A DNA stretch of 64,000 nucleotides from Candidatus Aenigmatarchaeota archaeon (GTDB lineage Archaea; Aenigmatarchaeota; Aenigmatarchaeia; PWEA01; JACQIF01), in contig CP066684.1 in NCBI GenBank assembly GCA_016432325.1, positions 785,090 to 849,089 on the forward strand, written 5' to 3'. Shown here piece by piece: positions 9,474 through 18,681 of the stretch. A model generated the notes under the pieces. That model saw only the letters and a list, made by a program, of their open reading frames with translations, ran no database searches and had not been told where the DNA came from. The first letter of the stretch is position 1, and each line of letters opens with the position of its first letter. A program made the position numbers and the translations under genes.

Positions 9474-10584
9474 TCTCTCTTATCACTGTCGTTGCGTACG
9501 AACCTTTCTTGAGCTCAAATCGCAGCGTTGCCGAGCCTGACGCGGTGGAGAACGCAATCTTGGGGTATATCATCGCGCTCCTTATCGCGCCTTTCTGCGC
9601 CAGCTCTGGCATCTTCTGCACAAAAAAGTCCTCTTCTGTGACGCTCTCTTCTTCGAGCACCTTTCGTACGCAATGGTCGAACTCCCCCTTGCCGAGGCTC
9701 GTCTTGTATCCCGTCACGTGGGCAGGGAAGTTGGTTATTGTCTCCTTGCCTTCGAGGAAACGGGACAGCGCGAGATTGAAGATGTATGACTGGTACGCGT
9801 CGATGAACAGTTTTGCGAGTCCGAGAGGAAGCGCGCGCAGCGCCTGTATGGACCCGCCGCCTTCCGCGAGTACGGTCAGCAGCATCCGCTCGTATGCCAT
9901 TCCTCTCGGGAAATATTCCAGCGCGCGCTTGTAGTCCTTCTCTCCGGCCAGACGCCTTCTCGCGCTCCTCGCGTCTTCGGTCTCCCCTTCAAAATCCAGA
10001 GCGAGGTAATCGAATACCGCTCCGTCAAAGTCTCCTTTGATAATCTTCCTGCCGACGCGATGCGTGACTGGACGGTTGGCTCCGAACCGTTGCGGGCCGA
10101 AGAAGTTGGGAATTCCTCTCTGTTCTATTTCGTTTATGAGCACGCGCAAACGCTCGTCCGTCTCGCGGAGGCTGATCTTTATGCCACGAATCGTGACGGC
10201 GAATCTGTTACCAGCGAGTTCTCCCAGATGGATAGGCTCGCCGATCGGTCTGTGTTCAAGAACGCGCAACCCGCTCTCCTCTATTTTCTCTATGTTGGCG
10301 CGTCCGGGCACGGAAAACCACTGTTTCGTTATCGCGTAGCGGTCTTTCATTCCTGCGTACGCCACGGCGCGCCGCTTTAGGCCGAGCGCTTTTGCGATTC
10401 TCTGCGTTGTCTCGAAGGTGTCGAGCCCGCGTTTTTCGACAAACAGCGCGGTGAACGCGTCGCCCTCGGTGAACTCGAGAGGCATCTCTTCCACTACAAA
10501 GTCTTCCATCTTCTGCTTTATCTTGCCGCCTATGCCGGGCGCACGCGTCCAGTAGAGCAGTATGCCAAAATCCTTTTCATCCAT
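9460..10584 (-). CDS. truD: tRNA pseudouridine(13) synthase TruD
   Basis: 374 aa; GxKD motif (YAGMKDRYAITKQW), N-terminal GIGGKIKQ...DFVVEE typical of TruD/Pus7 family. Confidence 0.85.
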   Translation of the reverse strand: MDEKDFGILLYWTRAPGIGGKIKQKMEDFVVEEMPLEFTEGDAFTALFVEKRGLDTFETTQRIAKALGLKRRAVAYAGMKDRYAITKQWFSVPGRANIEKIEESGLRVLEHRPIGEPIHLGELAGNRFAVTIRGIKISLRETDERLRVLINEIEQRGIPNFFGPQRFGANRPVTHRVGRKIIKGDFDGAVFDYLALDFEGETEDARSARRRLAGEKDYKRALEYFPRGMAYERMLLTVLAEGGGSIQALRALPLGLAKLFIDAYQSYIFNLALSRFLEGKETITNFPAHVTGYKTSLGKGEFDHCVRKVLEEESVTEEDFFVQKMPELAQKGAIRSAMIYPKIAFSTASGSATLRFELKKGSYATTVIREITKD

Positions 10585-10614
10585 AGCGAAGATGAGAGAA
10601 GAAGGCTTATAATC

Positions 10615-11058
10615 CTAATTAACCAAGCCTTCGACCACCGCGGCGTCATGCTTTGCCGGCGCGCTCTCGGCCCACTTAATCGTCGCACCCTCGCTCCAAC
10701 GATAATCAAACTCGTCCCCTACACGCTGGGTCTTATAGCCTCCCCAGACGTCGAGCTTGTGTTTCTTGATGTCATAAAACGTGGAACCGACAGATTCGTG
10801 TACAACATGGTTCGCGTTTCTATACTGGTTATGGCCGTCTCCAAAGTATTGGCCTCCAGTCAAGAAAACGACCGTGTCCTCGGGCGAGCATCCTTTCTGC
10901 TTCCAGTTTTTCCACCAACCGTTATAAGAAACATCAACGCCGCTTCCGAGAGCCTTCGCGTCTATCTTCCTCACGATGTCGACGGCTTCGCCGAACTCTA
11001 TCCTGTGGTCGACTACCTTGCGTGCGCCTGTAAGAGCCTCTACGACGCCCTGAAACAT
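10615..11058 (-). CDS. hypothetical protein
   Basis: Track ORF 10615..11400 trimmed to internal Met (MFQGVV) because the upstream part overlaps the convergently oriented 11110..11919 gene; no family recognised. Confidence 0.35.
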   Translation of the reverse strand: MFQGVVEALTGARKVVDHRIEFGEAVDIVRKIDAKALGSGVDVSYNGWWKNWKQKGCSPEDTVVFLTGGQYFGDGHNQYRNANHVVHESVGSTFYDIKKHKLDVWGGYKTQRVGDEFDYRWSEGATIKWAESAPAKHDAAVVEGLVN

Positions 11059-11109
11059 GTAGTCCCATAAGGTAGTAACGTATTTAAGCTTATCTGCCGT
11101 TAGTGACGC

Positions 11110-11919
11110 ATGAAGGTATTGATGCTCGCGGACAATCACGGCGTGCAGGAATCCGTGGACGCGCAGATTGACGCGCTGCGCAAGTACAGCCTGTACGAAA
11201 GACCGAATCCGAAGAAAACAATTGTTCTGCACGAAGCGGTGCCTGAAAAGTGGACTGATTCCGTCGACCTCGAGCTCGCCAAGATGGAACGCACGTGGGC
11301 GGAACTCGGCCTGCCGCAGCATTGGGGACCGTCGGAACCGTACAAGGCGCTGTTCGGTTATCTGGGCGAGAATGGATACTCTCTCAACAATCTTGATCAT
11401 GTGGTGGAGGAAAGAGAAGAGTTGGCAGGCGATTTCCTAAGCATTGTTAGAGCCGCGAAGAAGCCTGACGCAGATATGGAAAAAATATCCCGCAGACTTC
11501 AGCATTCGAAGATGGAGATAGGCCCTCACAGGGAATACTGGTTTTGCACGCGGGTCGATGTTGCAGAAGACGAAGGCTACGAGACCGCAGTAGTCATAAC
11601 GCACCCGACTCACATCGATCCGGTTGCGGCTACTCTGACACGGTTCGACAGGCACGTTGTCGATACGAGATACAGAAACCGCGGACAGGAGGCCGCGCTG
11701 GGCAAAAAGGAGCGTTCCATACAGCTCCAGTACGCCAGACGGAGGAAGCTTACCACAACGAGGAGAGAGGCAGTCCCACTGGTTCCTGTCGTAGAGCTGG
11801 CGTGGGATATTGACAAGAAATTCAGGGAAAGCAGGATGAAGGAGATGGCGACCAAACATTCACGCCCCAGTCCGGTACAACGTCTCCCACGCTTCGTCGA
11901 TGCCGGCGACGAAGGTTAG
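11110..11919 (+). CDS. hypothetical protein
   Basis: 269 aa, protein-like composition; no family recognised. Confidence 0.45.
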   Translation: MKVLMLADNHGVQESVDAQIDALRKYSLYERPNPKKTIVLHEAVPEKWTDSVDLELAKMERTWAELGLPQHWGPSEPYKALFGYLGENGYSLNNLDHVVEEREELAGDFLSIVRAAKKPDADMEKISRRLQHSKMEIGPHREYWFCTRVDVAEDEGYETAVVITHPTHIDPVAATLTRFDRHVVDTRYRNRGQEAALGKKERSIQLQYARRRKLTTTRREAVPLVPVVELAWDIDKKFRESRMKEMATKHSRPSPVQRLPRFVDAGDEG

Positions 11920-11937
11920 GCGTGAGACAACTAAATC

Positions 11938-12282
11938 CTATTCCAGAAGCGACAGCCTTCCCGTGACCTCGTCTATCGTGGCTTCCGGAGCCGGGCCTAT
12001 CGCTACGCAAGTCGCCGTTCCCGGCGGCACTTCTGTCATGCCCGCGTCCTTTATCAGAGCCGCCGCGAGTTTCAGATTGCGTGCGCCTTGGTAAACGTCC
12101 ATGAGTTCCGTTTCAGAATTAACCTTCAGAACGACCTTCTTCGAGCCTTCCTTTTCCCAGCCCTTGCGGGCTACGTCACGGGCGTTTTTCCACGCCTGTA
12201 TCGAGGCGTGGGCCACCTGCGCGGCTATCTTGCCGCGGCTCATTCCCAGATCCGCGCGGACGACCATTACTTGTTTGTACAT
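11938..12282 (-). CDS. pth2: peptidyl-tRNA hydrolase, archaeal type (Pth2)
   Basis: MYKQVMVVRADLGMSRGKIAAQVAHAS...KVVLKV...AGMTEVPPGTATCVAIGPAP matches Pth2 family; start trimmed to internal Met. Confidence 0.85.
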   Translation of the reverse strand: MYKQVMVVRADLGMSRGKIAAQVAHASIQAWKNARDVARKGWEKEGSKKVVLKVNSETELMDVYQGARNLKLAAALIKDAGMTEVPPGTATCVAIGPAPEATIDEVTGRLSLLE

Positions 12283-12422
12283 GCAGTCGCTATGGAAGGC
12301 GTGGTTTATATCTTCAACACGGAAGACCCGAAGGCGCACGGTTATGTCAGGCTCGCGCTCGCTAGGCCGAAGCGATACGTCGCCAATGCGGCGAAAGAGA
12401 TTAATAGCTTTGTCTACAGTCT

Positions 12423-12947
12423 GTGACCATGAAACAGGCGACAGAGCGGATACGCCTCTTCAAGACTGTCAGGGACATCCCCTACCGTATAGCCGTTGGC
12501 AGCGAGCAGGACTACTGCTGTTCGACGAAGGCGGCAATGCTTGATAAACTGCTGCAGACCACCGGCCTGAGGAGCAGGCACATCGTATGCTATTTCAGGT
12601 GGGAGGATTTCGACATTCCGAAGGACATCATCGCGCTGCCACACGAAGACCCGGAGACACACGAGTATCTCGAGGTTTGGATACCCGAAAAGACGGCTTG
12701 GGCCAAGGTGGACGCCACGTGGGATTCGCGTATTCGAAACATGAAAATTCCAATAGCCGAGTGGGACGGATTGAGCGACACGAAACTGGCGGTCTCTCCT
12801 CTGAAAACACTCTCACCGGAGAACAGCACGAAATTCATCGACAACGAGACGCAAGACCGCGATGCGTATGAGGCCTACATGGAGAAGAACCGAGAGTTCT
12901 TCGTTGCATTGAACGGCTGGTTGGACTCCATGCGCAGACCGCTCTAA
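12423..12947 (+). CDS. transglutaminase-like cysteine peptidase domain protein
   Basis: Cys in DYCCSTKAAML, then HEYLEVWI...W..VDATW resembling the Cys-His-Asp transglutaminase-like core. Confidence 0.45.
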   Translation: MTMKQATERIRLFKTVRDIPYRIAVGSEQDYCCSTKAAMLDKLLQTTGLRSRHIVCYFRWEDFDIPKDIIALPHEDPETHEYLEVWIPEKTAWAKVDATWDSRIRNMKIPIAEWDGLSDTKLAVSPLKTLSPENSTKFIDNETQDRDAYEAYMEKNREFFVALNGWLDSMRRPL

Positions 12948-13771
12948 ACCTTCAGCGTCCCCAATATCCCAATAGAGAAGACGTCTCGCGTGCCAAGCGC
13001 GAGCCCGAGTATCAGCACGACTATCTTCAGCCACGTCCTGTATTCGGTCTCCTTCACGTCACGGTCGATGTAGTACAGCACGGGCCACACAACCGCGAGT
13101 TTCAGGACGAACATCACGGCTGGGCTGAGGCCCAGCGTTCCTATGAAGAAGTTCGGCAGGACGTGCTCCTCGACGAGACCGCTGTTGAACTGCAGCGCCG
13201 TGAACGTCGCAGAAGCGTCGAACATGTGCGCCCACAGGATGGCCGCGTTTTCCTTTGTCAGGTACTTCGGCAACAGCGACGACAAAACGTACAGCACCAG
13301 CGCCCACCCAAGCGCTATTCCCATGGCGATGGCCATGCCCCAGTAGTTGGCGACGAACGGAGAGAGGTACGCGAGGTCCGCGGCGATGAGCGTGACGCCT
13401 GCTGCTATCATGGTCTTGTGATACGGGACACTCCTCCAGCGCTGGAGAAGCAGGGCCGCATAGAATACGGCCAGCGTGACCGCGAACATTATCACGTAGA
13501 TTCCAGGGGTGCAGAATGCCGACGCGTATGGCCGCGCGGTAGCCAAGAAAACGTCTCCAACGCTCCTTGTCAGGCCGCCGAGGACTATGAACGGCAGAAG
13601 CGCATAAACGAACCTGCGGTCCACCCGGACGCGGAACGCCTTGAGCACGTGCGCGTACGTGAACCATACAGCGGCCACGAGAAGCAGGCCGTAGACTATC
13701 GTTGATGCAAGCGTGTAGTGAGAGCAGTACGAGGCTACGAAACTCTCATAAAAGAAATCCTGAAAGACCAA
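12944..13771 (-). CDS. polytopic membrane protein (DUF63-like)
   Basis: 275 aa, about 7 TM helices; family assignment from memory only. Confidence 0.45.
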   Translation of the reverse strand: MVFQDFFYESFVASYCSHYTLASTIVYGLLLVAAVWFTYAHVLKAFRVRVDRRFVYALLPFIVLGGLTRSVGDVFLATARPYASAFCTPGIYVIMFAVTLAVFYAALLLQRWRSVPYHKTMIAAGVTLIAADLAYLSPFVANYWGMAIAMGIALGWALVLYVLSSLLPKYLTKENAAILWAHMFDASATFTALQFNSGLVEEHVLPNFFIGTLGLSPAVMFVLKLAVVWPVLYYIDRDVKETEYRTWLKIVVLILGLALGTRDVFSIGILGTLKV

Positions 13772-13775
13772 CGGC

Positions 13776-14381
13776 TCACCACTCGCTCAGGGGCACAAAC
13801 CCTTCAGGCGCGCTCTTCTTCTCTTCCGCGTTCCGCACTTCATATTCGGGTTGCCTGCTGCGCCTGAAGCTGATGTCGAACGCCATAAGCGCCGACGCGA
13901 GCAGCATCCAGCCCGCGACGACGAACGCGTCGTAGATGCCCGTGAGGTAGAGAGCCGGCAGGACGAAGCCGTTCACGGTGACAGGCAGGCCGGCCAGCCG
14001 TCTGGTGAGATCGTAACGCGTCAACGATATCGCCGCAGCGATAAGGTAGAGCAGCGGCAAGACGAGCAGGAACGCGTTGAGCGCCAACAGCGTGTCCAGC
14101 ACGAACAAAGAAGGAGCGACTCCGAACGCGACGAGCGCGCCCATGGAGCCGAGGCGGTTTGAGAACTCGTCCCGCTTGTTCTTCCACGCCCATAACTCTT
14201 CGGCTGTATGAACGACCGCCGCGACCAATATCACGTATGCGGCGTTCGCGTCTTTCGATGCCGCCAAGAGAACGGCAAGGAAGCCGATCGACATGACAGC
14301 GGCCGTGGTGGCCTGTATCTGTTTCATAGTGAACCGGTCCAGATTAGATGCGTCTGATATAAAAGCTACACGCCCCTCCAT
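13776..14381 (-). CDS. membrane protein
   Basis: 201 aa, 5-6 TM helices; no confident family. Confidence 0.4.
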   Translation of the reverse strand: MEGRVAFISDASNLDRFTMKQIQATTAAVMSIGFLAVLLAASKDANAAYVILVAAVVHTAEELWAWKNKRDEFSNRLGSMGALVAFGVAPSLFVLDTLLALNAFLLVLPLLYLIAAAISLTRYDLTRRLAGLPVTVNGFVLPALYLTGIYDAFVVAGWMLLASALMAFDISFRRSRQPEYEVRNAEEKKSAPEGFVPLSEW

Positions 14382-14414
14382 AACACTTATAAGCGAATGC
14401 GCGGAAGTCCACGT

Positions 14415-14594
14415 ATGTCCTTATGCAAGAAGTGCGGCGTCCCGGCCAGAGGCTTCAAATGCGACATGTGCGGCGCAGAAACCCCGGTGCACGATGCGAA
14501 TCACTCCTGCGGAGCGAGACATCTGATGCCTAAATGCTCCACGTGCAACAAGGCCGAAGTTCTGTGCGGTTGCGCGACCAAGCGGCGCACGTAG
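14415..14594 (+). CDS. small zinc-ribbon protein (multiple CxxC)
   Basis: about 60 aa: CKKC, CDMC, CSTC, CGC motifs; start trimmed to second Met. Confidence 0.35.
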   Translation: MSLCKKCGVPARGFKCDMCGAETPVHDANHSCGARHLMPKCSTCNKAEVLCGCATKRRT

Positions 14595-15668
14595 TCAGGC
14601 CGTCATAACGTATAGCTCGTCTGCGCTGTACGCACGGTCGAATATCCTCACTTCGTCCACGAGCCCCTGATAGTTGTTGCCGTAGCCGCTGGCTACCTGC
14701 CAGAAGTTGTCCGACGGCGTCAGCACGCGCGGGTCGTTTACAGTGGCGATGAGAACGCCGTCGTAGTAGTATTTGCTTCTGGGGTTTGTCGTGTTGTCGT
14801 AACTGTAGACCAGATGGTGCCACGTTCCGCGCGCGTCAGAGACGTTTGCGCTTGCGCTCGGCCATCCGGCGCCTCCCCAGTAGAACGCCCACGCCAGGCT
14901 CGTCGCCGGCGCTGTCTGGTTGGACCATCCCATGGCGAACTCGAGCCTCGACGCCTGCGACGGGCCTACGACAACCCATCCCCGCGCCTGGGCCGGATGC
15001 GTGTTGGTTGTGATGTTTGACGGATTTGCCCACGCCTCGACGGTGAAGCGGTCGAATGTGCCGAGCTTGATTGTCATGTTGACGCCGTCTACAGGCGCGC
15101 CGTCTGTGTTCGTGAAACGGAGGGCCGAGCCGAACTTGCCGGTCGTCCGATTAGGAGAGCCGATGAGAGCGCCGTCGCGGCCGTTGCCGCTCGAGTCGCG
15201 CACGACAGTTCCGGAACCTTCCTCGAATCTGAGGTCCTGATAGGCGCCGTCTGCCGTGTCGAGTTCGATGTTTACGGAATCCGAGAAAGACGGACCCGCT
15301 ATCCTGAGGACGTGTTCCCCGCGGCCGCCCGCCCATAAACCTTTCACTGTTATTCTGCCTGTCGAACCCTCTGCGATATCTCCGGGCATCGAGTAGTTCA
15401 GAATGGTGCCGTCGATTGACACGGCCAGAGAATCTTTCTTGATGGATTGTACTCCTATGTTTCTCACAATGGCGTCTTGCTTTTCAACGCCATCTATCTT
15501 GAACGACGTGCCGAGCGCGCCGACCAGCTCCTGCGAACTCCTCTGCCCGGCTTCCGTTTGCGTTCCTGAAAGACGGCCGGTGAAGACCGTATACGCTCCG
15601 GCGAGCGAGAGGACTATGAGAACGAGAATTATCGAGGCAATTACAGGCGATATCCCCTTCATCACCAC
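14595..15668 (-). CDS. archaeal type IV pilin-like protein with LamG (concanavalin A-like) domain
   Basis: Class III signal peptide (MVMKG|ISPVIASIILVLIV), C-terminal LamG-like region ending in LVDEVRIFDRAYSADEL. Confidence 0.65.
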   Translation of the reverse strand: MVMKGISPVIASIILVLIVLSLAGAYTVFTGRLSGTQTEAGQRSSQELVGALGTSFKIDGVEKQDAIVRNIGVQSIKKDSLAVSIDGTILNYSMPGDIAEGSTGRITVKGLWAGGRGEHVLRIAGPSFSDSVNIELDTADGAYQDLRFEEGSGTVVRDSSGNGRDGALIGSPNRTTGKFGSALRFTNTDGAPVDGVNMTIKLGTFDRFTVEAWANPSNITTNTHPAQARGWVVVGPSQASRLEFAMGWSNQTAPATSLAWAFYWGGAGWPSASANVSDARGTWHHLVYSYDNTTNPRSKYYYDGVLIATVNDPRVLTPSDNFWQVASGYGNNYQGLVDEVRIFDRAYSADELYVMTA

Positions 15669-16198
15669 GGCACCTTCTTCGCCCCTATCTTGTAGCCGAT
15701 TAGGTTCGCCATCAGGTGTATTAGAGGCGTGAACGCGACTATCAAAACCATCGGCACGAAGCGCAGTTCCACGAACGCGTACGAGAGGGCGAACGCGCCC
15801 ACGACGAAATCAAGCTGGTCCAACAGCGGCACGGGCTCGCCGCGCGGGACGCCCCATCGTCTTTTCATGAATGACCCCACGAGGTCTCCTATCATGGCTC
15901 CCGTCGAAATGAGGAAAACGGAGAGCGGGCCCAGTTGCGGAAGCGCAACGCTTTTCGTCGCCGCGTACGCCGTCAGACCGGGCTGGTAGTATATCTCTAT
16001 GAAGCCGACAGCCGTGCCTATGAAGATTCCGAAGAGCGTGCCCTTCCATGTCTTGCCGCTGCCAAAGACTTGCCGCCCCCCGACCTTCGCTCCCATGTCC
16101 AAAGGCGTGCGCCCGCCTGCGAGAGGCGCGAAGGCGTTGGCGAAGTACGCGGGCAGGATGACCCACAGTCCGATTAGCAGGTCTACGGTTAGGGACAT
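15662..16198 (-). CDS. carS: CDP-archaeol synthase (CarS)-like membrane protein
   Basis: 178 aa, 4-5 TM helices, conserved KRRWGV...PLLDQLD region reminiscent of CarS/CdsA-type cytidylyltransferases. Confidence 0.55.
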   Translation of the reverse strand: MSLTVDLLIGLWVILPAYFANAFAPLAGGRTPLDMGAKVGGRQVFGSGKTWKGTLFGIFIGTAVGFIEIYYQPGLTAYAATKSVALPQLGPLSVFLISTGAMIGDLVGSFMKRRWGVPRGEPVPLLDQLDFVVGAFALSYAFVELRFVPMVLIVAFTPLIHLMANLIGYKIGAKKVPW

Positions 16199-16250
16199 GG
16201 AACAAGACGAACGAATGTGTTATAAATAGATTGTCCGTCAGGAAAGATCG

Positions 16251-16721
16251 ATGACAAAGCCGCGGCTTACGATTAGGAATCAGTGGGACGGTGTAGGGAT
16301 TCTCACCTGCGGAGGAAGGGCCGTCGAGGCGTCCCCTGTGGGATTGCCGGTCGAACAGACCATGGGTGAGATGGGGCGTCACAAGGGCGACGCCTATCTT
16401 GTCATCGGTCTCGGCCCTGTGCAAAACCGGTCCCGCGGGAACACGTACATTGTTCAGTATTTCGACGTTCCCAATGTGGAAGAGCTTCCTGTGACAAAAG
16501 GGGAACATGGAGTGCTAATGGCCAGTCTCAGGGAGCTCTGCGTTCCTTACTGCGGCATGTCCGGGCTTCGTGGACCGCGCACGCAGAGGACCATCGACAG
16601 AATGAGAGCCGGAAGGTCAAGAGACGTTGCCGTGGCAAAGCACAAAGAGTTGCGCCGCCTCATCACAGACGTGCACGGCACATCGCGCGGCCGATGGGAC
16701 TACTTCGGTTATAGGCTGTAG
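16251..16721 (+). CDS. hypothetical protein
   Basis: 156 aa; TATA-like GTTATAAATAG about 25 nt upstream; no family recognised. Confidence 0.4.
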   Translation: MTKPRLTIRNQWDGVGILTCGGRAVEASPVGLPVEQTMGEMGRHKGDAYLVIGLGPVQNRSRGNTYIVQYFDVPNVEELPVTKGEHGVLMASLRELCVPYCGMSGLRGPRTQRTIDRMRAGRSRDVAVAKHKELRRLITDVHGTSRGRWDYFGYRL

Positions 16722-16738
16722 CTTTTTGGGAATTCGTC

Positions 16739-17023
16739 TCACTCTTTTTCCAGATCATTGAGATTTTTCAGGACCTCGTTTCTATCAGACTCGTCTACGA
16801 ACATAGCCACAAGCTCTCTGGCAGATTCGAAATCGCGTTTAATTGTTTCTATGAACGCATCGTACACCGCCTTGTAGCCGCGGCTTCCTGCTATCTGTCT
16901 ATCGAAAATGAAGCCGCACCTGAGCCACAGTTCGTCTATCTTCTCGGGAGGCAACTTCATTATTCTTTTCGTTAATTCGTCTATTTCGTCGTTCGTGAAG
17001 CTGCTGGGTCCCATTTTCCTCAT
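16739..17023 (-). CDS. hypothetical protein
   Basis: Track ORF 16739..17191 trimmed to internal Met (MRKMGPSSF) because its 5' part overlaps an intron-containing tRNA gene. Confidence 0.35.
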   Translation of the reverse strand: MRKMGPSSFTNDEIDELTKRIMKLPPEKIDELWLRCGFIFDRQIAGSRGYKAVYDAFIETIKRDFESARELVAMFVDESDRNEVLKNLNDLEKE

Positions 17024-17054
17024 GCAACCGTCTCTTATATTTCGAATGTTGTTA

Positions 17055-17290
17055 TGGCGCCCCCGGTGGGAATTGCGTTCGGCCTTTCGAAGAGTGGCCG
17101 GAGTGCAGACACGGGTGTCTGCTTTCGAACCCACGACCCCAAGGTGTCTGCCTTTGCAGAAATCTGCAAAAACCGCAACCTTGTGCTCCATATGCTCAAG
17201 TCCGCAAAGGGACTTTTCGTGAACGTTTTTGCGCGTTTAGCCTATGCGCATTGGCGCAAAAAGGTTCTTTCCAAGCTGAGCCACGGGGGC
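17055..17290 (-). tRNA. tRNA-Arg (anticodon GCG) with three introns (D-arm, anticodon loop, T-loop 59/60)
   Basis: Hand-folded: acceptor GCCCCCG/CGGGGGC, U8G9, D-stem GCTC/GAGC, anticodon stem CAAGG/CCTTG, loop TTGCGG..A, T-stem GTGGG/CCCAC with TTCGAA then an approx 51-nt insert, encoded CCA; overlaps spurious track ORF 17054..17557. Confidence 0.6.
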
Positions 17291-17369
17291 TTTGTGCCGT
17301 TTAAATACCTTTCTCGGTCTACTAGACTTCCGCAACAACTATATAAAACGTCAAACGAAGTGGATCCGC

Positions 17370-17546
17370 ATGCAATCAACCGCGCAAGATACAATGTGCA
17401 CAACCTGTGGCAAGAGCGTCTTCGGAGCGTCGCAGAGCGTCCGCTTCCTGTGCCCGCGCTGCGGAGCCGCAGAGATCGTGCGCTGCAAGGACTGCCGCGT
17501 GCTCAAGAACAAGTACGCGTGCGGTTGCGGATTCACAGGACCATGA
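17370..17546 (+). CDS. small zinc-finger protein (4 x CxxC)
   Basis: 58 aa: CTTCG...CPRCG...CKDCR...CGCG; TATA (TATATAAAA) about 25 nt upstream, leaderless. Confidence 0.5.
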   Translation: MQSTAQDTMCTTCGKSVFGASQSVRFLCPRCGAAEIVRCKDCRVLKNKYACGCGFTGP

Positions 17547-17614
17547 GGGACCAGTAAATGCATGAAACTGCGGTTTCATATTTACTGCTCAGAAGCGTAA
17601 AGAGGGACAAGTAA

Positions 17615-18040
17615 ATGCCGGGAATGTTCGCTGCAAGGAAGCTCAAGAATCGAAGGCAACACCTGAGATGGAAGGAGGTAAAGTACAGGACGCGCACCCT
17701 GAAACTCAAGGAGAAGAAAGACCCGTTGGAAGGCGCCCCTCAGGCCCGCGGAATCGTGCTGGAAAAGCGCACGATTGAACAGAAGCAACCTTCTTCAGGA
17801 CTTGCGAAAGCCGTACGCATTCAGCTCATCAAGAACAACAAGCAGATAACCGCGTTCCTGCCGAGAGACGGCGCGGTGAAGCACGTGGACGAGCACGACA
17901 TCGTTCACGTTCAGGGACTGCACGGCTCGCAGGGCGGCGCCAAAGGCTCCCTGTGGGGCGTGAAGTGGGCCGTCTTCAAGGTCAACGACATAGCGCTCGA
18001 ACAACTCAGAACCGGCAAGAAACAGAAGCCGAGCAGGTAG
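17615..18040 (+). CDS. rps12: 30S ribosomal protein S12 (uS12)
   Basis: PLEGAPQARGIVLEK...AVRIQLIKNNKQITAF.P.DGA...DEHD typical of archaeal uS12. Confidence 0.9.
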   Translation: MPGMFAARKLKNRRQHLRWKEVKYRTRTLKLKEKKDPLEGAPQARGIVLEKRTIEQKQPSSGLAKAVRIQLIKNNKQITAFLPRDGAVKHVDEHDIVHVQGLHGSQGGAKGSLWGVKWAVFKVNDIALEQLRTGKKQKPSR

Positions 18041-18048
18041 GCGACACT

Positions 18049-18645
18049 ATGGACATGAAATTCTTCAACAAGTGGCCGGGAAACGTGGAAACGAAGGACC
18101 TCGGGCTCGCGACATACATGAACACTAAGCCAACGCTCGTCCCGAGAAAATCCCACGGTCGCCATGCCCAGCACCAGTTCTACAAGAGCGACGTGTCGAT
18201 AGTCGAACGCCTCATGAACCACATGTTCACTCCGGGCCACCGCGGCAAGCGCCACAAGTACACGTCGGGCCAGTGCTCGGGCAACTCTTTCACCAACTAC
18301 GAGAACGTCAAGAGCGCCTTCGGGATCATAGAGCAGAAGACAGGAAAGAATCCCCTTGAGATTTTGGTGAAGGCGATAGAGAACGCCGCTCTCCGCGAGG
18401 AGGTCTCTTCTTATCAGATCGGCTCCATGATAGCGCGAAAAGCCGTCATCACGTCGCCTCAGAGGCGCATCGACCTTGCGATGAGATTCATGGCGCAGGG
18501 CGCGTACAGTCGCACGCACGGCTCCAAGAAGGCGATTGCGCAGACGCTCGCCGACGAGATAATAGCCGCGTCCAACAACTCGAAAGACTCGTACGCGATA
18601 CAAGAGCGCGACCGCCTCGAACGCGAAGCAGAAGGGGCGCGCTAA
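18049..18645 (+). CDS. rps7: 30S ribosomal protein S7 (uS7)
   Basis: Follows rps12; track ORF 17953..18645 trimmed to ATG at 18049 (MDMKFFNKW); length and composition fit uS7. Confidence 0.85.
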   Translation: MDMKFFNKWPGNVETKDLGLATYMNTKPTLVPRKSHGRHAQHQFYKSDVSIVERLMNHMFTPGHRGKRHKYTSGQCSGNSFTNYENVKSAFGIIEQKTGKNPLEILVKAIENAALREEVSSYQIGSMIARKAVITSPQRRIDLAMRFMAQGAYSRTHGSKKAIAQTLADEIIAASNNSKDSYAIQERDRLEREAEGAR

Positions 18646-18681
18646 ACGCATTTTATAAGCCAGCCCGACGCAACCTTCCTC

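Noticed and set aside
10615-11400. Full 261-aa extent of the minus-strand ORF
   Set aside because: The upstream 114 codons overlap the plus-strand gene 11110..11919 and look low-complexity; trimmed to internal Met at 11058.
17054-17557. 167-aa plus-strand ORF
   Set aside because: Region is better explained by an intron-containing tRNA-Arg on the minus strand plus a small zinc-finger gene with its own TATA box.
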